This document shows, one piece after another, positions 1 through 11,838 of a stretch of DNA of 64,000 nucleotides. The DNA lies in contig CAWBQK010000017.1 in the NCBI GenBank assembly GCA_963791045.1, forward strand, positions 32,001 through 96,000. Direction: 5' to 3'. Each line of letters opens with the position of its first letter. The stretch's first letter is position 1. Source of the DNA: Candidatus Latescibacterota bacterium (GTDB lineage: Bacteria; Krumholzibacteriota; Krumholzibacteriia; WVZY01). The notes beneath the pieces were generated by a model. The model was given only the letters and a program-made list of their open reading frames with translations. It was not told where the DNA came from and did not search any database. Position numbers and translations under genes: made by a program.

Positions 1-701
1 ACGACTACGTGTTGAACGGCGCGAAGATGTGGATCACCAACGGTTCTTACGCCGACGTTGCGATAGTCTGGGCCAAGGTCGACGGGGAGATTCGCGGGTT
101 CATCGTCGAGAAGGACCGGCAGGGTTTTGAGGCCAGGGAAATGAAGTACAAGCTCTCACTGCGGGCGAGCGACACGAGCGAGCTGATGTTTTCAGACTGC
201 CGAGTGCCGAAGGAAAACATGCTTCCCGGCGCCGGCGGATTGAAGAGCCCGTTGATGTGTCTCAGCCAGGCTCGGTACGGGATCGCGTGGGGAGCCGTGG
301 GCGCCGCCCTGGCGTGCTTCCACGAGGCGGTGGAGTACGCCAAGGAGAGAGTCCAATTCGATAAACCCATTGCCGCGTATCAGCTGACTCAGAAAAAGCT
401 TGCGGACATGGCGACGGAGATCACCCTCGGTCAGCTCCTTGTCCTCCAACTCGGGCGGGTCAAGGATCGCGGGCAGGACACGTTCAAGCAGATTTCGATG
501 GCCAAGAGAAATAACGTCCGCAAGGCCCTGGAAATCGCCCGCCTCGCCCGTACCATCCTCGGGGCGAACGGCATCAGCGGCGAGTATCAGAGCATGCGAC
601 ATATGTGCAATCTGGAGTCGGTCGACACATACGAGGGGACTTACGACATACACACGCTGATTATAGGCCACGAGGTGACGGGAATCGATGCGTACAGCTA
701 G
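1..701 (+). CDS. Acyl-CoA dehydrogenase (glutaryl-CoA dehydrogenase-like), 5' end outside the window
   Basis: LNGAKMWITNG, KLSLRASDT, RVQFDKPIAAYQLTQKKL, ILGANGISGEY and TYEGTYDIH motifs; frame is open to the window edge. Confidence 0.9.
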   Translation, partial: DYVLNGAKMWITNGSYADVAIVWAKVDGEIRGFIVEKDRQGFEAREMKYKLSLRASDTSELMFSDCRVPKENMLPGAGGLKSPLMCLSQARYGIAWGAVGAALACFHEAVEYAKERVQFDKPIAAYQLTQKKLADMATEITLGQLLVLQLGRVKDRGQDTFKQISMAKRNNVRKALEIARLARTILGANGISGEYQSMRHMCNLESVDTYEGTYDIHTLIIGHEVTGIDAYS

Positions 702-897
702 ATGGATGGGCGATTACGTAACACATGTGATGGCAATGGGATGTGGTGTTGTCTTAATGTGGTTTGGCGTTTGGCGGCCCACGTCCGCCCGCTTTATTTG
801 ACTTGACCGCCCTTCCAGGCGATTCATACTATTGCCGTCGGGCCGTCACGGCTGTATATTGCCAAAATATTTGACGTTCCGGCGAGGAAACGAATCG

Positions 898-985
<88 letters not shown>

Positions 986-1001
986 CAAACTGGAGAGACT
1001 T

Positions 1002-2315
1002 ATGGCTAAAGAGTTTACAGATAATATGAAATCAGAAAGAAAATTTACCGTGACGGTATCGAGCCCGTCGCAATGCAAGCGGGTGCTTGCGCTCCAAATC
1101 TCCAAAGAGGAAGTCGAGAAGGAGAAGGCTTTAGCCATCGATGAACTGCGCCGCGACCTCAAGGTGCCGGGTTTTCGTAAGGGCAAGGTGCCGCTCAAGT
1201 TCATAGAAAAGAATTACGGTCCCGTAATCCATCAGGATGCGGTCCGAAACCTGCTACCGGCGGTATTGGACGATGCGCTTATCAACGAGAATATTTTCCC
1301 GGTCGGAGATCCGAAGTTCGAGAACTTGAAGGCCGAGGAAGGGGAGGACATCACCGTCGATGTCGAGGTGGAGGTTCGCCCCGATCTTGAAATCAAAGAT
1401 TACACCGGTGTGAAGGTTCTGGTCGAGAAGCGTGTGATCGAGGATAAGGACGTCCGTGAAACCCTCGAAAGGGTGGCCGAGCAGAAAGCGGTTTTGACCG
1501 TCGTAGACCGCCCGGCCAAAGAAGGCGATTTTGTGCTGATCGATTACGCGCCGGTTCTTCCCGATGGCGAGGTCGACTTGACCAACCTGGCGGAGAACTA
1601 CCCGATCGATCTCGGGGCCGAAGCGGTGTTGCCGGAATTCAGGAAAGCGCTTGTCGGCCTGGAGATTAAGGAAGAAACGGACGTGACGGTCAAGTATCCC
1701 GAGGATTTCCCGGAAAAAGAACTCGCCGGGACCGAGAAGGTTTTTCACGCGACGGTAAAAGAGATTAAAGAAAAGAGACTTCCAGAGATCAACGACGAAT
1801 TTGCCAAGGAGCTCGGTGGACAGTTCGAGTCCCTGGCGGCTCTCGAAGGGCAGATCAAGGATGATCTCGAGCAGGAAGAAGAAAAGAGACGCGCGCACGA
1901 TGTCGAAGAGAAGATCGTCGACGGTGTGATAGCGGCCAACGAGTTTGATGTGCCGGACGCGATGGTTGATAACTATATCGCGTCGATTCTCGAACAGGAC
2001 AAGAAGAGGCGGCCGGATGTGCCCGACGAGGCCGAACGGGAGAAGGAAGTGCGGGAACATTTCCGCGAACCCGCTGTACGCACCATTAAGAAGTTTTTGA
2101 TTCTCGATGCCATCCGAAAACAAGAGACCATCGAGCTTGGCGCGGAAGAGGTTGAAGAGCGAATCGAGGATTTGACCAAAGACGCCGGCGACAAAGCGGA
2201 TGAAGTGAGGGCTTACTTCGCCCATCCCGAACGGCGCCGTAATCTCGAAAACGAGCTTATGGACAAGAAGGTTATGGACTTTTTACGCGAGAAGGCGGAA
2301 GTGAAAGTTACTTGA
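1002..2315 (+). CDS. tig: Trigger factor
   Basis: VPGFRKGKVP ribosome-binding signature and FKBP-like middle domain; ATG at 1002 follows GGAGA (the track start at 906 lies inside the tRNA). Confidence 0.96.
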   Translation: MAKEFTDNMKSERKFTVTVSSPSQCKRVLALQISKEEVEKEKALAIDELRRDLKVPGFRKGKVPLKFIEKNYGPVIHQDAVRNLLPAVLDDALINENIFPVGDPKFENLKAEEGEDITVDVEVEVRPDLEIKDYTGVKVLVEKRVIEDKDVRETLERVAEQKAVLTVVDRPAKEGDFVLIDYAPVLPDGEVDLTNLAENYPIDLGAEAVLPEFRKALVGLEIKEETDVTVKYPEDFPEKELAGTEKVFHATVKEIKEKRLPEINDEFAKELGGQFESLAALEGQIKDDLEQEEEKRRAHDVEEKIVDGVIAANEFDVPDAMVDNYIASILEQDKKRRPDVPDEAEREKEVREHFREPAVRTIKKFLILDAIRKQETIELGAEEVEERIEDLTKDAGDKADEVRAYFAHPERRRNLENELMDKKVMDFLREKAEVKVT

Positions 2316-2370
2316 TGATTTAGCTTCTAACGTTTAATTAGACCGGTTATATTGCCACTGGAGAAAGGAA

Positions 2371-3000
2371 ATGTCAAAGATGCCGCAGAATCAGTACCCA
2401 ATACCGTTTGTCGTGGAGCAGACAGGCCGTTACGAGAGGTCCTATGATATCTATTCCAGGCTCCTCAAGGACCGGATCGTATTTCTCGGCCTGCCGATCA
2501 ACGATATGGTTGCGAATCTCGTGATAGCGCAAATGCTGTTTCTCGAGGCGGAGGACTCAGAAAGGGACATTTTCCTGTATATCAACAGCCCCGGCGGGGT
2601 TATCTCTTCCGGGATGGCGATCTATGATACGATGCATTATATTGCTCCAGACGTGGCGACTATATGTATGGGCCAGGCGGCGAGCATGGCCGCGGTTCTT
2701 CTCGCTTCGGGGACTAAGGGCAAACGCTCGATCTTGCCTCACGGCCGCGTAATGATCCACCAGCCTTCGGGCGGGTCGGAGGGCCAGGCGGCTTCGATCG
2801 AGATCTACACCAAGGAAATCCTCAAAATGAGGGATCAGCTCAATGGAATTCTCGCCGACCATACGGGTCAGCCGGTGAAGAGGATCGCGAAAGACACCGA
2901 TCGGGATTATTTCATGTCGGCGGATGAGGCCAAAGAGTACGGAATTATCGATAACATTTTCCAGCATCGTTCTGACGAAGTCGACATGAGCGGCGAATAG
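2371..3000 (+). CDS. clpP: ATP-dependent Clp protease proteolytic subunit
   Basis: [25 protein letters not shown] (catalytic Ser), MIHQP, DTDRD. Confidence 0.98.
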   Translation: MSKMPQNQYPIPFVVEQTGRYERSYDIYSRLLKDRIVFLGLPINDMVANLVIAQMLFLEAEDSERDIFLYINSPGGVISSGMAIYDTMHYIAPDVATICMGQAASMAAVLLASGTKGKRSILPHGRVMIHQPSGGSEGQAASIEIYTKEILKMRDQLNGILADHTGQPVKRIAKDTDRDYFMSADEAKEYGIIDNIFQHRSDEVDMSGE

Positions 3001-3019
3001 CAACACAACAGGAGCTTTG

Positions 3020-4273
<1,254 letters not shown>

Positions 4274-4379
4274 TATCGCGCGCCGCCATCTTGTTGCGGG
4301 TTAATCGGATTTTACTTTCCAGACGTGATATTGTGTTCTACAATCCGGACGTTTAGTTTAACGTTCCGAAGGTGAAAGC

Positions 4380-6815
4380 ATGGCTATTCTTGAGAGAGAA
4401 GACGAAGTTATAGAAATTCCCGATTCGCTGCCCGTTCTGCCACTGCGCGATGTCGTGATTTTCCCCGGTATGATTACACCGCTGCTCGTCGGGCGGCCGA
4501 AATCGCTTGCCTCGCTCGATGAGGCCATGAAAGGCGACCGGCTCCTGCTGGTTATAACGCAGCGCGAGATGAATGTCGATGAACCCGGCACCGACGACCT
4601 GTACAAGATGGGTACCGTGGTCAAGATCCTCCAGATCATGCGTCTCGTTGAGGGGACGATGAGGATTCTCGTCGAAGGGCTCACGCGTGCAGAGGTGAAG
4701 CGTTTCCTCGCTTCGAAGAAGTATTTCAAATCGAAGATCGCACTCCACATTCCGCCCGCCGTATCGAATCGAAAAATGCAGGCGCTGGTGCGGAGTGTGA
4801 CCAACCAGTTTACCGAGTATGTTCAGTTGAACAAGCGTATACCGGACGAAGTCTTGCGGACCGTTCTTCCCATCGAGGACTTCGACAGGCTTGCGGACTC
4901 GATGGCGGCGCATCTGGTGACCAAGATCGAGATCAAACAGCCCGTGCTCGAGGCGGTGGACGTAGAGTCTCGTTTTAAGACCATCGGGATGCTTTTGGCG
5001 GAAGAACTTGAGATTCTCAAACTCGAGAAAAAGATCGAGAGCGACGTCAAAAGCCAGGTGCAGAAGAATCAGAAGGAGTTCTATCTCCACGAACAATTAA
5101 AAGCAATCCGTAAAGAGCTCGGCGACAACGCCGACGAATCTTCGGAAATCGAAGAACTCGGTGAAAAGATCGAGAAAAGCGGAATGCACGCCGAAGCCTA
5201 TGAAGTGGCGATGAAAGAGCTCGACCGCCTGGCGCGGATGCCGAGCATGTCGCCCGAGGGGACGGTTGTCAGGAATTACTTGGACACGATGCTGTCGCTG
5301 CCCTGGCAGATCCGGACCGGTGACCGGCTCGAGATCAAGGCGGTAAAACGGCGGCTCGACGCGGACCACTACGGTCTCAAAAAGGTCAAGGAACGGATTC
5401 TTGAGTTTCTTGCCGTTCTCAAGCTGTCAAAGACGCTTAAAGGCCCGATTCTTTGTTTTGTCGGCCCTCCCGGTGTTGGGAAAACGTCGCTCGGACGGTC
5501 AATCGCCGAAGCGCTTGGCCGGCGGTTCGTTCATTTCTCGCTGGGTGGCGTTCGGGACGAGGCGGAGATACGCGGCCACAGGCGCACCTATATCGGGTCG
5601 ATGCCCGGTCGAATCATCCAGTCGCTCATAAAGGCGCAGAGCAAGAACCCCGTACTGCTTCTTGATGAGGTCGACAAGATGTCGAGCGATTTTCGCGGCG
5701 ATCCCGCCGCGGCGCTGCTTGAGGTGCTGGACCCAGAGCAGAACCACACGTTCAGCGACCATTACCTCGAAGTCGAATTCGACCTCAGCGAGGTAATGTT
5801 CATCACCACGGCCAACGTGACCCACACGATTCCGCCGGCTCTCCAGGACAGAATGGAAATGATTAGGCTTCCCGGTTATCTCGAGACCGAGAAAGTCAAG
5901 ATCGCGCAGAATTTCCTGCTCCCTCGGATGTTGTCGCGTCACGGGCTCAAGACTTCGGATCTCAAGGTAAGCGATCCCGGGGTCAAAAAAATCATTCAGC
6001 TCTATACCCGTGAGTCGGGTGTGCGGAATCTGGAACGCGAGCTTTCAAAGATCCTGAGAAAAACGGCGGTTAACTTCGCTTCCGCCGGAAGAAGATCGAA
6101 TGTCTCGGTGACACCGAAAAACCTGGAGCGCTTTCTTGGCGTGCCGCACTTCACCGAGAAGGAACTCCCCGGAACGCCGATGATCGGTGTGGTGACCGGT
6201 CTCGCGTGGACCAGTTCGGGTGGGGACATCCTCAGAATCGAAGTCGGTTTTATGCCGGGTACAGGAAAGCTGTCTTTGACGGGACTTCTCGGGGATACGA
6301 TGAAAGAGTCCGCCCAGATCGCGCTGACGTATGCCCGCGGAGTGGCGGAAGTGCTCCCGCTCAAAAAGAATTTCTTCAACGAGATCGATGTTCACATCCA
6401 TGTGCCCGAAGGCGCGATTCCCAAAGATGGCCCCAGCGCCGGTGTTGCCATGGCGACCGCGCTCGTGTCGAATTTCTTTGGAATCCCGATAAAGAAAGAC
6501 ATCGCCGTCACGGGCGAATTGACGCTTAAGGGTGAGGTGCTAGCCGTCGGTGGGCTCGCCGAAAAAACCGTCGCGGCGCTACGTGCCGGTGTCAAAGAGG
6601 TGATCCTCCCCAAGGCCGTCGCGCAGAGCATCAAGGAACTGCCGAAAGAGGTGCGGGCCGGACTCAAATTACACGCGGTGTCCGACATGCGGGATGTTCT
6701 CAAGATCGCGCTTGCGAAGCCTCTTCCGCGTTCTCCGCGCAAGGCTGCTAAAAGGAATCTGGAGGGCGAGGTTGGATTCTTCGAATACATGAAGAAAACA
6801 TCGACCGCTCACTAG
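4380..6815 (+). CDS. lon: Lon protease
   Basis: LPVLPLRD N-domain, GPPGVGKTS, HRRTYIG, PKDGPSAG catalytic Ser, GGLAEK Lys. Confidence 0.98.
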   Translation: MAILEREDEVIEIPDSLPVLPLRDVVIFPGMITPLLVGRPKSLASLDEAMKGDRLLLVITQREMNVDEPGTDDLYKMGTVVKILQIMRLVEGTMRILVEGLTRAEVKRFLASKKYFKSKIALHIPPAVSNRKMQALVRSVTNQFTEYVQLNKRIPDEVLRTVLPIEDFDRLADSMAAHLVTKIEIKQPVLEAVDVESRFKTIGMLLAEELEILKLEKKIESDVKSQVQKNQKEFYLHEQLKAIRKELGDNADESSEIEELGEKIEKSGMHAEAYEVAMKELDRLARMPSMSPEGTVVRNYLDTMLSLPWQIRTGDRLEIKAVKRRLDADHYGLKKVKERILEFLAVLKLSKTLKGPILCFVGPPGVGKTSLGRSIAEALGRRFVHFSLGGVRDEAEIRGHRRTYIGSMPGRIIQSLIKAQSKNPVLLLDEVDKMSSDFRGDPAAALLEVLDPEQNHTFSDHYLEVEFDLSEVMFITTANVTHTIPPALQDRMEMIRLPGYLETEKVKIAQNFLLPRMLSRHGLKTSDLKVSDPGVKKIIQLYTRESGVRNLERELSKILRKTAVNFASAGRRSNVSVTPKNLERFLGVPHFTEKELPGTPMIGVVTGLAWTSSGGDILRIEVGFMPGTGKLSLTGLLGDTMKESAQIALTYARGVAEVLPLKKNFFNEIDVHIHVPEGAIPKDGPSAGVAMATALVSNFFGIPIKKDIAVTGELTLKGEVLAVGGLAEKTVAALRAGVKEVILPKAVAQSIKELPKEVRAGLKLHAVSDMRDVLKIALAKPLPRSPRKAAKRNLEGEVGFFEYMKKTSTAH

Positions 6816-6879
6816 ATACTCCGTGCAGGCCTCGTGTGTGCGAGTATCGTCCACGAGGATCGCGAGGAGGAGAAACCGC

Positions 6880-7473
6880 GTGAAAATAAAAGCCGTTAAG
6901 TATCTCGGGTCGTTTGGGGATGCCGGATCGTTTCCTGCTCCTCAAGGGCCCGAGATTGTTTTTTTGGGACGATCGAATGTTGGGAAGTCCTCGTTGATAA
7001 ATTCCCTGGTTGGAGGGCGCCGCGACGTGGCGCGAACATCCAACACTCCGGGAAAAACCCGCACGGCGAACTACTATCTTGTAAACGAAGAGTTCTGTTT
7101 TGTTGACATGCCGGGGTACGGGTATGCCCAGGTATCGAAGAACGAACGGGCACAGTGGACACGGCTGATAAACAGTTATGTGACTGAGCGTGAGGTGCTG
7201 AAAGGGGTCGTTCTTCTTCTCGACATCCGGCATTCGCCCAGCACAGCGGACAAGGAAACCGCCGAATCACTTAGAGAGTCAGGCAACCGTTGTTGTCTGG
7301 TATTTGCCAAGATGGACAAAATCAAGAAGAGCGCTGTAGACAAAAACATCACCGCGCACCTTAAGGGGTTTCCGGTCAATCCGGACACCGGTGTCGTCGC
7401 ATATTCGAGCGAAACGGGGCAGGGAAGACGCGAGCTGTGGGCATGGATATCCGAAAGTTTTGAAGCGGAATAG
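6880..7473 (+). CDS. engB: Ribosome biogenesis GTPase YihA/EngB
   Basis: GRSNVGKSS, TPGKT, DMPGYG, KMDK; GTG start after AGGAGG; conserved position after lon. Confidence 0.93.
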   Translation: MKIKAVKYLGSFGDAGSFPAPQGPEIVFLGRSNVGKSSLINSLVGGRRDVARTSNTPGKTRTANYYLVNEEFCFVDMPGYGYAQVSKNERAQWTRLINSYVTEREVLKGVVLLLDIRHSPSTADKETAESLRESGNRCCLVFAKMDKIKKSAVDKNITAHLKGFPVNPDTGVVAYSSETGQGRRELWAWISESFEAE

Positions 7474-7534
7474 TGTCGTTGTTGGCTTCGCTTCGCTCGC
7501 CCGTTGTTTGTATTTAGAAACTCAGAGGTAACGA

Positions 7535-8677
7535 ATGAACCACCAAAGACTATTTACTCCGGGACCGACAGAGGTCCCGTCGCAGGTTCGCGAGTGTATG
7601 GCGAGACCCCTCGTTCACCACAGAACGGAGGAGTACCGGACTATCCAACGCGAAGTTATCGAAAACCTCCAGTGGTTGATGAAAACCAAGAACCCCATCT
7701 TTCTTCTCGCGTCATCGGGGACGGGTGCGATGGAGGCCGCAGTCAGTAATTTGACGGGTCCGGGGGACAAAGTGCTCGTCACCGCATTGGGTAAGTTCAG
7801 CCATCGTTGGAAAGAGATTGGCGAAGCGTTTGGTCTGGATGTCGTGACAATAGATACGACCTGGGGCGACGCCACGACTCCGGAGCTGGTTGCCGCGGCC
7901 TTCGACGCGAATCCGGGGATCAGTGTTTTGTTCACCACGCATTCCGAGACGTCGACGGCCGTCCTCCAGGACGTCAAATCGATGGCGCGAATCGCGCACG
8001 AACGCGGCGCTCTCATCGTCGTGGATGGAATCACCAGCATCGGTGCGGAGGTTCTCGAAACGGACGCCTGGGGGCTCGACGTGGTGATCGGCGGGGCTCA
8101 GAAAGGCGTGATGATTCCGCCGGGTCTGGCCTACTTGTCGATGTCGCAGGCCGCGCGGGAGAGAACGGAACGCGGTCGGCATCCTACATACTATTTTGAT
8201 TTGAACAAGGCTTTGAAATCGTATGAGGACGGGGACACACCATGGACTCCTCCGATTGTCCATGTGGTAGGTCTTCACAGGGCACTGGAAATGATGAAGG
8301 CGGAGGGACTTGACAACGTCATCGCCCGCCATCAACGCAACGCGGGAGCGACGCGCGCCGCCGTGGAGGCGCTTGGCCTACGACTTCTGTCGTCGTCACC
8401 CGCGAGCTGTACCACGGCGGTTGTTTTCGATGATGGGAACGCGGACAAAGTCCGCTCTCACCTCAACGATGCGTACAGTATTAGAGTTGCCGGCGGGCAA
8501 GCACGGTTGAAGGGGAAGATCGTGCGCCTCGGCCATCTCGGATATTATTTCGAAGCGGACATTCTGATGATGATTACCGCTTTTGAATCAACCCTTCTCG
8601 ATCTGGGTTTGATAGAGAACGCGGGGCGTGGAATCGAAGCGGCGCTAAAAGAATTTCATCGCGCGAAGAAGGGTTAA
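7535..8677 (+). CDS. Class V PLP aminotransferase (alanine-glyoxylate/serine-pyruvate family)
   Basis: LFTPGPT, SSGTGAME, HSETST, GAQKG PLP-lysine, RLGHLG. Confidence 0.92.
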   Translation: MNHQRLFTPGPTEVPSQVRECMARPLVHHRTEEYRTIQREVIENLQWLMKTKNPIFLLASSGTGAMEAAVSNLTGPGDKVLVTALGKFSHRWKEIGEAFGLDVVTIDTTWGDATTPELVAAAFDANPGISVLFTTHSETSTAVLQDVKSMARIAHERGALIVVDGITSIGAEVLETDAWGLDVVIGGAQKGVMIPPGLAYLSMSQAARERTERGRHPTYYFDLNKALKSYEDGDTPWTPPIVHVVGLHRALEMMKAEGLDNVIARHQRNAGATRAAVEALGLRLLSSSPASCTTAVVFDDGNADKVRSHLNDAYSIRVAGGQARLKGKIVRLGHLGYYFEADILMMITAFESTLLDLGLIENAGRGIEAALKEFHRAKKG

Positions 8678-8695
8678 GCGGTGGGGATGTCTTCG

Positions 8696-9649
8696 ATGGC
8701 AAAATTCAAAGTGCTTCTCACAGACAACATTTCGAGCGAAGCGGTCGATGTGTTTTCGTTCCACGATGACATCGAAACCGTCGCCGTCGGCACACTCGAT
8801 CCGCGCGAGCTGGAGGAGTTGATCGATGGGTTCGACGCGGTGATCGTGAGGAGCCCGACGAAATTGACCCGCGAGATCATCGCCGCGGGGACGCGGCTCA
8901 AGTTTATTGGCCGCGCGGGGGTGGGCACCGACAACATCGACATCGAAACCGCCAAAGAAAATGGGGTCACAGTCATGAATGCTCCGGGCGGCAATGCCGT
9001 GTCGACGGCCGAGCACACCGTCGGAATGATCCTCGCCCTGGCAAGGCGAATCCCCGAGGCGGACAGGTCCCTGAGAGCGGAAAAATGGGACCGTAAAGCC
9101 CTTCGCGGTGTAGAACTCGAGGGAAAGACACTTGGGATCATCGGGTTAGGCCGAGTGGGCCGGGAAGTGGCCCGGCGTATGCATGCTTTCTCGATGGAAG
9201 TACTCGCGTGTGATCCCTACGTCTCCGAATCGGATGCCGCAAATGCCGGTGCGAACCTTGTCGAGCTAGGGGAACTGATTGCCCGAAGTGACGTTATAAC
9301 CATTCACGTGGGGCTCACGCCGGAGACGAAGTCGCTTATCGCCGAGGGCGAGATTGAAGCCATGAAAGACGGCGTTTTTCTCGTGAATTGCGCCCGCGGC
9401 GGGATTGTTGACGAGACCGCGGTTCGAACGGCCCTTGAGAATGGAAAAGTGGCCGGGATTGCATTTGATGTTTATTTATCGGAACCACCGGGAAAAAGTC
9501 CGCTATTCGAACATCCGCGCTCGGTGTTTACACCCCATGTCGGGGCCGCGACACCGGAGGCCCAGGTGAGGGTGGCTGTTCAGATCGCGGAAACCGTCGC
9601 CAACGCCTTGATGGGAAAAGGATTACGAAACGTCGTCGGCGGGAATTGA
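8696..9649 (+). CDS. serA: D-3-phosphoglycerate dehydrogenase-like protein, short form with no ACT domain
   Basis: GRAGVGTDNID, NAVSTAEH, GLGRVG, NCARGG, TPHVGAAT; alternative starts at 8681 and 8687. Confidence 0.8.
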   Translation: MAKFKVLLTDNISSEAVDVFSFHDDIETVAVGTLDPRELEELIDGFDAVIVRSPTKLTREIIAAGTRLKFIGRAGVGTDNIDIETAKENGVTVMNAPGGNAVSTAEHTVGMILALARRIPEADRSLRAEKWDRKALRGVELEGKTLGIIGLGRVGREVARRMHAFSMEVLACDPYVSESDAANAGANLVELGELIARSDVITIHVGLTPETKSLIAEGEIEAMKDGVFLVNCARGGIVDETAVRTALENGKVAGIAFDVYLSEPPGKSPLFEHPRSVFTPHVGAATPEAQVRVAVQIAETVANALMGKGLRNVVGGN

Positions 9650-9687
9650 ACTGCATGATCGTCCCGAATCAAAACAGGTCTCGATGG

Positions 9688-9716
9688 TTGACGAATCACG
9701 TGATTAGGCTTATAAT
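9688..9716 (+). promoter_or_regulatory. Sigma70 promoter with a palindrome in the spacer
   Basis: TTGACG-17 nt-TATAAT; the spacer holds the perfect palindrome AATCACGTGATT (9694-9705). Confidence 0.65.
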
Positions 9717-9732
9717 TAAATAGGTTACGAAC

Positions 9733-10242
9733 ATGTTGGACAAGTCTACCCATAGGATCATCGGCGCCGTAATCGTCGTTCTGGCGTGCCTGGCTCCGGT
9801 GGCGGCACTCCTGGGACCTCAGGATGCGGTTGGTACGACGGAGTTCATGATCGAACTCCCCGCGTACAGCAAGTACCAGTGTGCCCTCTGCCACACCTCG
9901 GCCACGCCCACAGCGGGAGCGGCCGACCTCAATGTATTCGGAGTGGATTTCCAGAATAACGAGAATATCTGGGACGCGACTCTTGCCCTCCTCAATTCCG
10001 ACAATGACAAGTGCCTGAACGGCTTCGAAATTGGCGATCAGGACGGGGACGGGGTATATGACTACCAGGGCCAGGCCGTCGAGCACGCCAACCCGGGCGA
10101 CGGGGCGGATTGTTCGATCGCACTGACCATCCAGACCTGGGGCAAGATTAAAGACGTTTTCCGCAGCGAACTGCCCAATTACCTGGACGGTTGCGAAGGC
10201 GACGAGGATTGCTTCGCCGACTGGCGCGCCCATTTCCCTTGA
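9733..10242 (+). CDS. Secreted monoheme c-type, temptin-like protein with a TWGKIK motif
   Basis: Signal peptide, CALCH, LNVFGVDF..W..L.NSDND..NGFEIGD..NPGD, QTWGKIKDVFR. Confidence 0.6.
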   Translation: MLDKSTHRIIGAVIVVLACLAPVAALLGPQDAVGTTEFMIELPAYSKYQCALCHTSATPTAGAADLNVFGVDFQNNENIWDATLALLNSDNDKCLNGFEIGDQDGDGVYDYQGQAVEHANPGDGADCSIALTIQTWGKIKDVFRSELPNYLDGCEGDEDCFADWRAHFP

Positions 10243-10356
10243 TTTTCCCACGCGAACGTAGTATAAATACCTGGTTTTGAACGTCTAACCGCCTGCACGA
10301 GCGGTTGTTTTTATGTCTGTTTCGCGAGACTTTTCAGAGTTATCAAGGAGTCATTC

Positions 10357-11631
10357 ATGGCGGTAACGCTGGTTGTCGGCGGCCAATGGGGCGACGAGGG
10401 CAAGGCTAAGATCATCGACTTCCTCGCAGAGGATGCCGATTTCGTCGCGAGATATCAGGGCGGCGCAAACGCCGGCCACACCGTCGTCGTCGGCGATGAC
10501 CGTTTTGCGTTTCACCTGGTGCCGTCCGGGATTCTGTATCCGCACGCGAGTTGTATTCTCGGCGGCGGGATGGTCATCGACCCTTCCGCGTTGACTCGTG
10601 AGATAGACGGGATCGTGGAAAAGGGAATCGATGTCGGGGGGCGCATTTTTATCAGCGAACAAGCCCACATCGTCCTTCCTTATCATATCGCTATGGATTG
10701 CGGCTCCGAAGAGAGTTTGGGCGATTCGTCGATCGGCACGACAAGAAAAGGGATCACCCCGGCATATGTGGACAAGATCGGACGGCGCGGAATCCGGATG
10801 GGTGACTTGCTGCGGCCGCGCGCGGATCTCGAACGTCTCCTCGAGACGAGAATCAGGGAAAACAACAAACAACTGCGGGCTCAAGGCCACAAAACAATTC
10901 CTGTTAAAAAAACCATAAAAACATTGTTTGAAATCAAGAAGAAGATCGGGCCGATGATCACCGACACGAGACTCATTCTGTGGGCGGCGCTCGAGAAGAA
11001 GAAAAACATTTTGTGCGAAGGCGCCCAGGGCACGCTTCTCGACATCGACCATGGGACTTACCCATTCGTCACATCGAGCTCGGCGTCGGCCGGGGGCGCT
11101 GTATCAGGAACGGGGTTGCCGCCGTCAGCCTTCACTCGCGTGATTGGAATTTTCAAAGCGTACTGCACTCGTGTGGGGAACGGGCCGTTTCCGAGCGAGG
11201 ATGAAGGGAAAGCGGGCAACACGCTGCGTGACATCGGAAATGAATACGGTACTACCACGGGCCGGCCGCGGCGCTGCGGTTGGTTCGACGCCGTCGCCGC
11301 AAGGACCGTCGTCAAATTGAACGGCCTCACGGAGATCGCGTTGACGAAGCTCGACGTTCTCGATGATTTCGATGAAATAAAGGTGTGCACGCAGTACAGG
11401 ATGGGGAAAGAACGACTGGATTATTTTCCGGTCAACACGAGGACACTCGAGAATTGCAGGCCCGAGTACGATGTGATCGATGGCTGGAACAAAAAATCGT
11501 TCACGAGTGGATCGGACAGGCTACCGGGCAAGGCGGCGTCCTACGTAAGATATCTGGAAAAACTCGTAGGATGCAAGATTCGCCTCGTCTCCCTCGGCCC
11601 CGAAAGAAGCGCGATGATCGATCGTGGTTGA
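10357..11631 (+). CDS. purA: Adenylosuccinate synthetase
   Basis: GQWGDEGKAK, GGANAGHT, EGAQG, GTYPFVTSS, GTTTGRPRRCGWFD, LTKLDVL. Confidence 0.98.
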   Translation: MAVTLVVGGQWGDEGKAKIIDFLAEDADFVARYQGGANAGHTVVVGDDRFAFHLVPSGILYPHASCILGGGMVIDPSALTREIDGIVEKGIDVGGRIFISEQAHIVLPYHIAMDCGSEESLGDSSIGTTRKGITPAYVDKIGRRGIRMGDLLRPRADLERLLETRIRENNKQLRAQGHKTIPVKKTIKTLFEIKKKIGPMITDTRLILWAALEKKKNILCEGAQGTLLDIDHGTYPFVTSSSASAGGAVSGTGLPPSAFTRVIGIFKAYCTRVGNGPFPSEDEGKAGNTLRDIGNEYGTTTGRPRRCGWFDAVAARTVVKLNGLTEIALTKLDVLDDFDEIKVCTQYRMGKERLDYFPVNTRTLENCRPEYDVIDGWNKKSFTSGSDRLPGKAASYVRYLEKLVGCKIRLVSLGPERSAMIDRG

Positions 11632-11735
11632 CGGGGGAGAGAATATCTTCGTCAAGTGACAGAGTTTATAACCGGCTTGACATGACAGGTTCATCTTATT
11701 ATCCTGCAGACAAAATTAAGGTCACCACGTAAGGT

Positions 11736-11811
11736 GAGTCGCTAGCTCATCTGGTAGAGCACATGCCTTTTAAGCATGGGGTACTGGGTTCGAGTCCCAG
11801 GCGACTCACCA
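11736..11811 (+). tRNA. tRNA-Lys (TTT)
   Basis: GAGTCGC/GCGACTC stem, CATGC-CTTTTAA-GCATG arm, GGTTCGAGTCC, CCA; upstream TTGACA-17-TATCCT promoter at 11677-11705. Confidence 0.97.
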
Positions 11812-11838
11812 TTTTTTTTGCCCTCCGGGAGGGGTGAA

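Noticed and set aside
10288-10312. Hairpin plus T run before purA as a purine riboswitch or attenuator
   Set aside because: No purine aptamer core is visible; it is more simply the terminator of the upstream gene.
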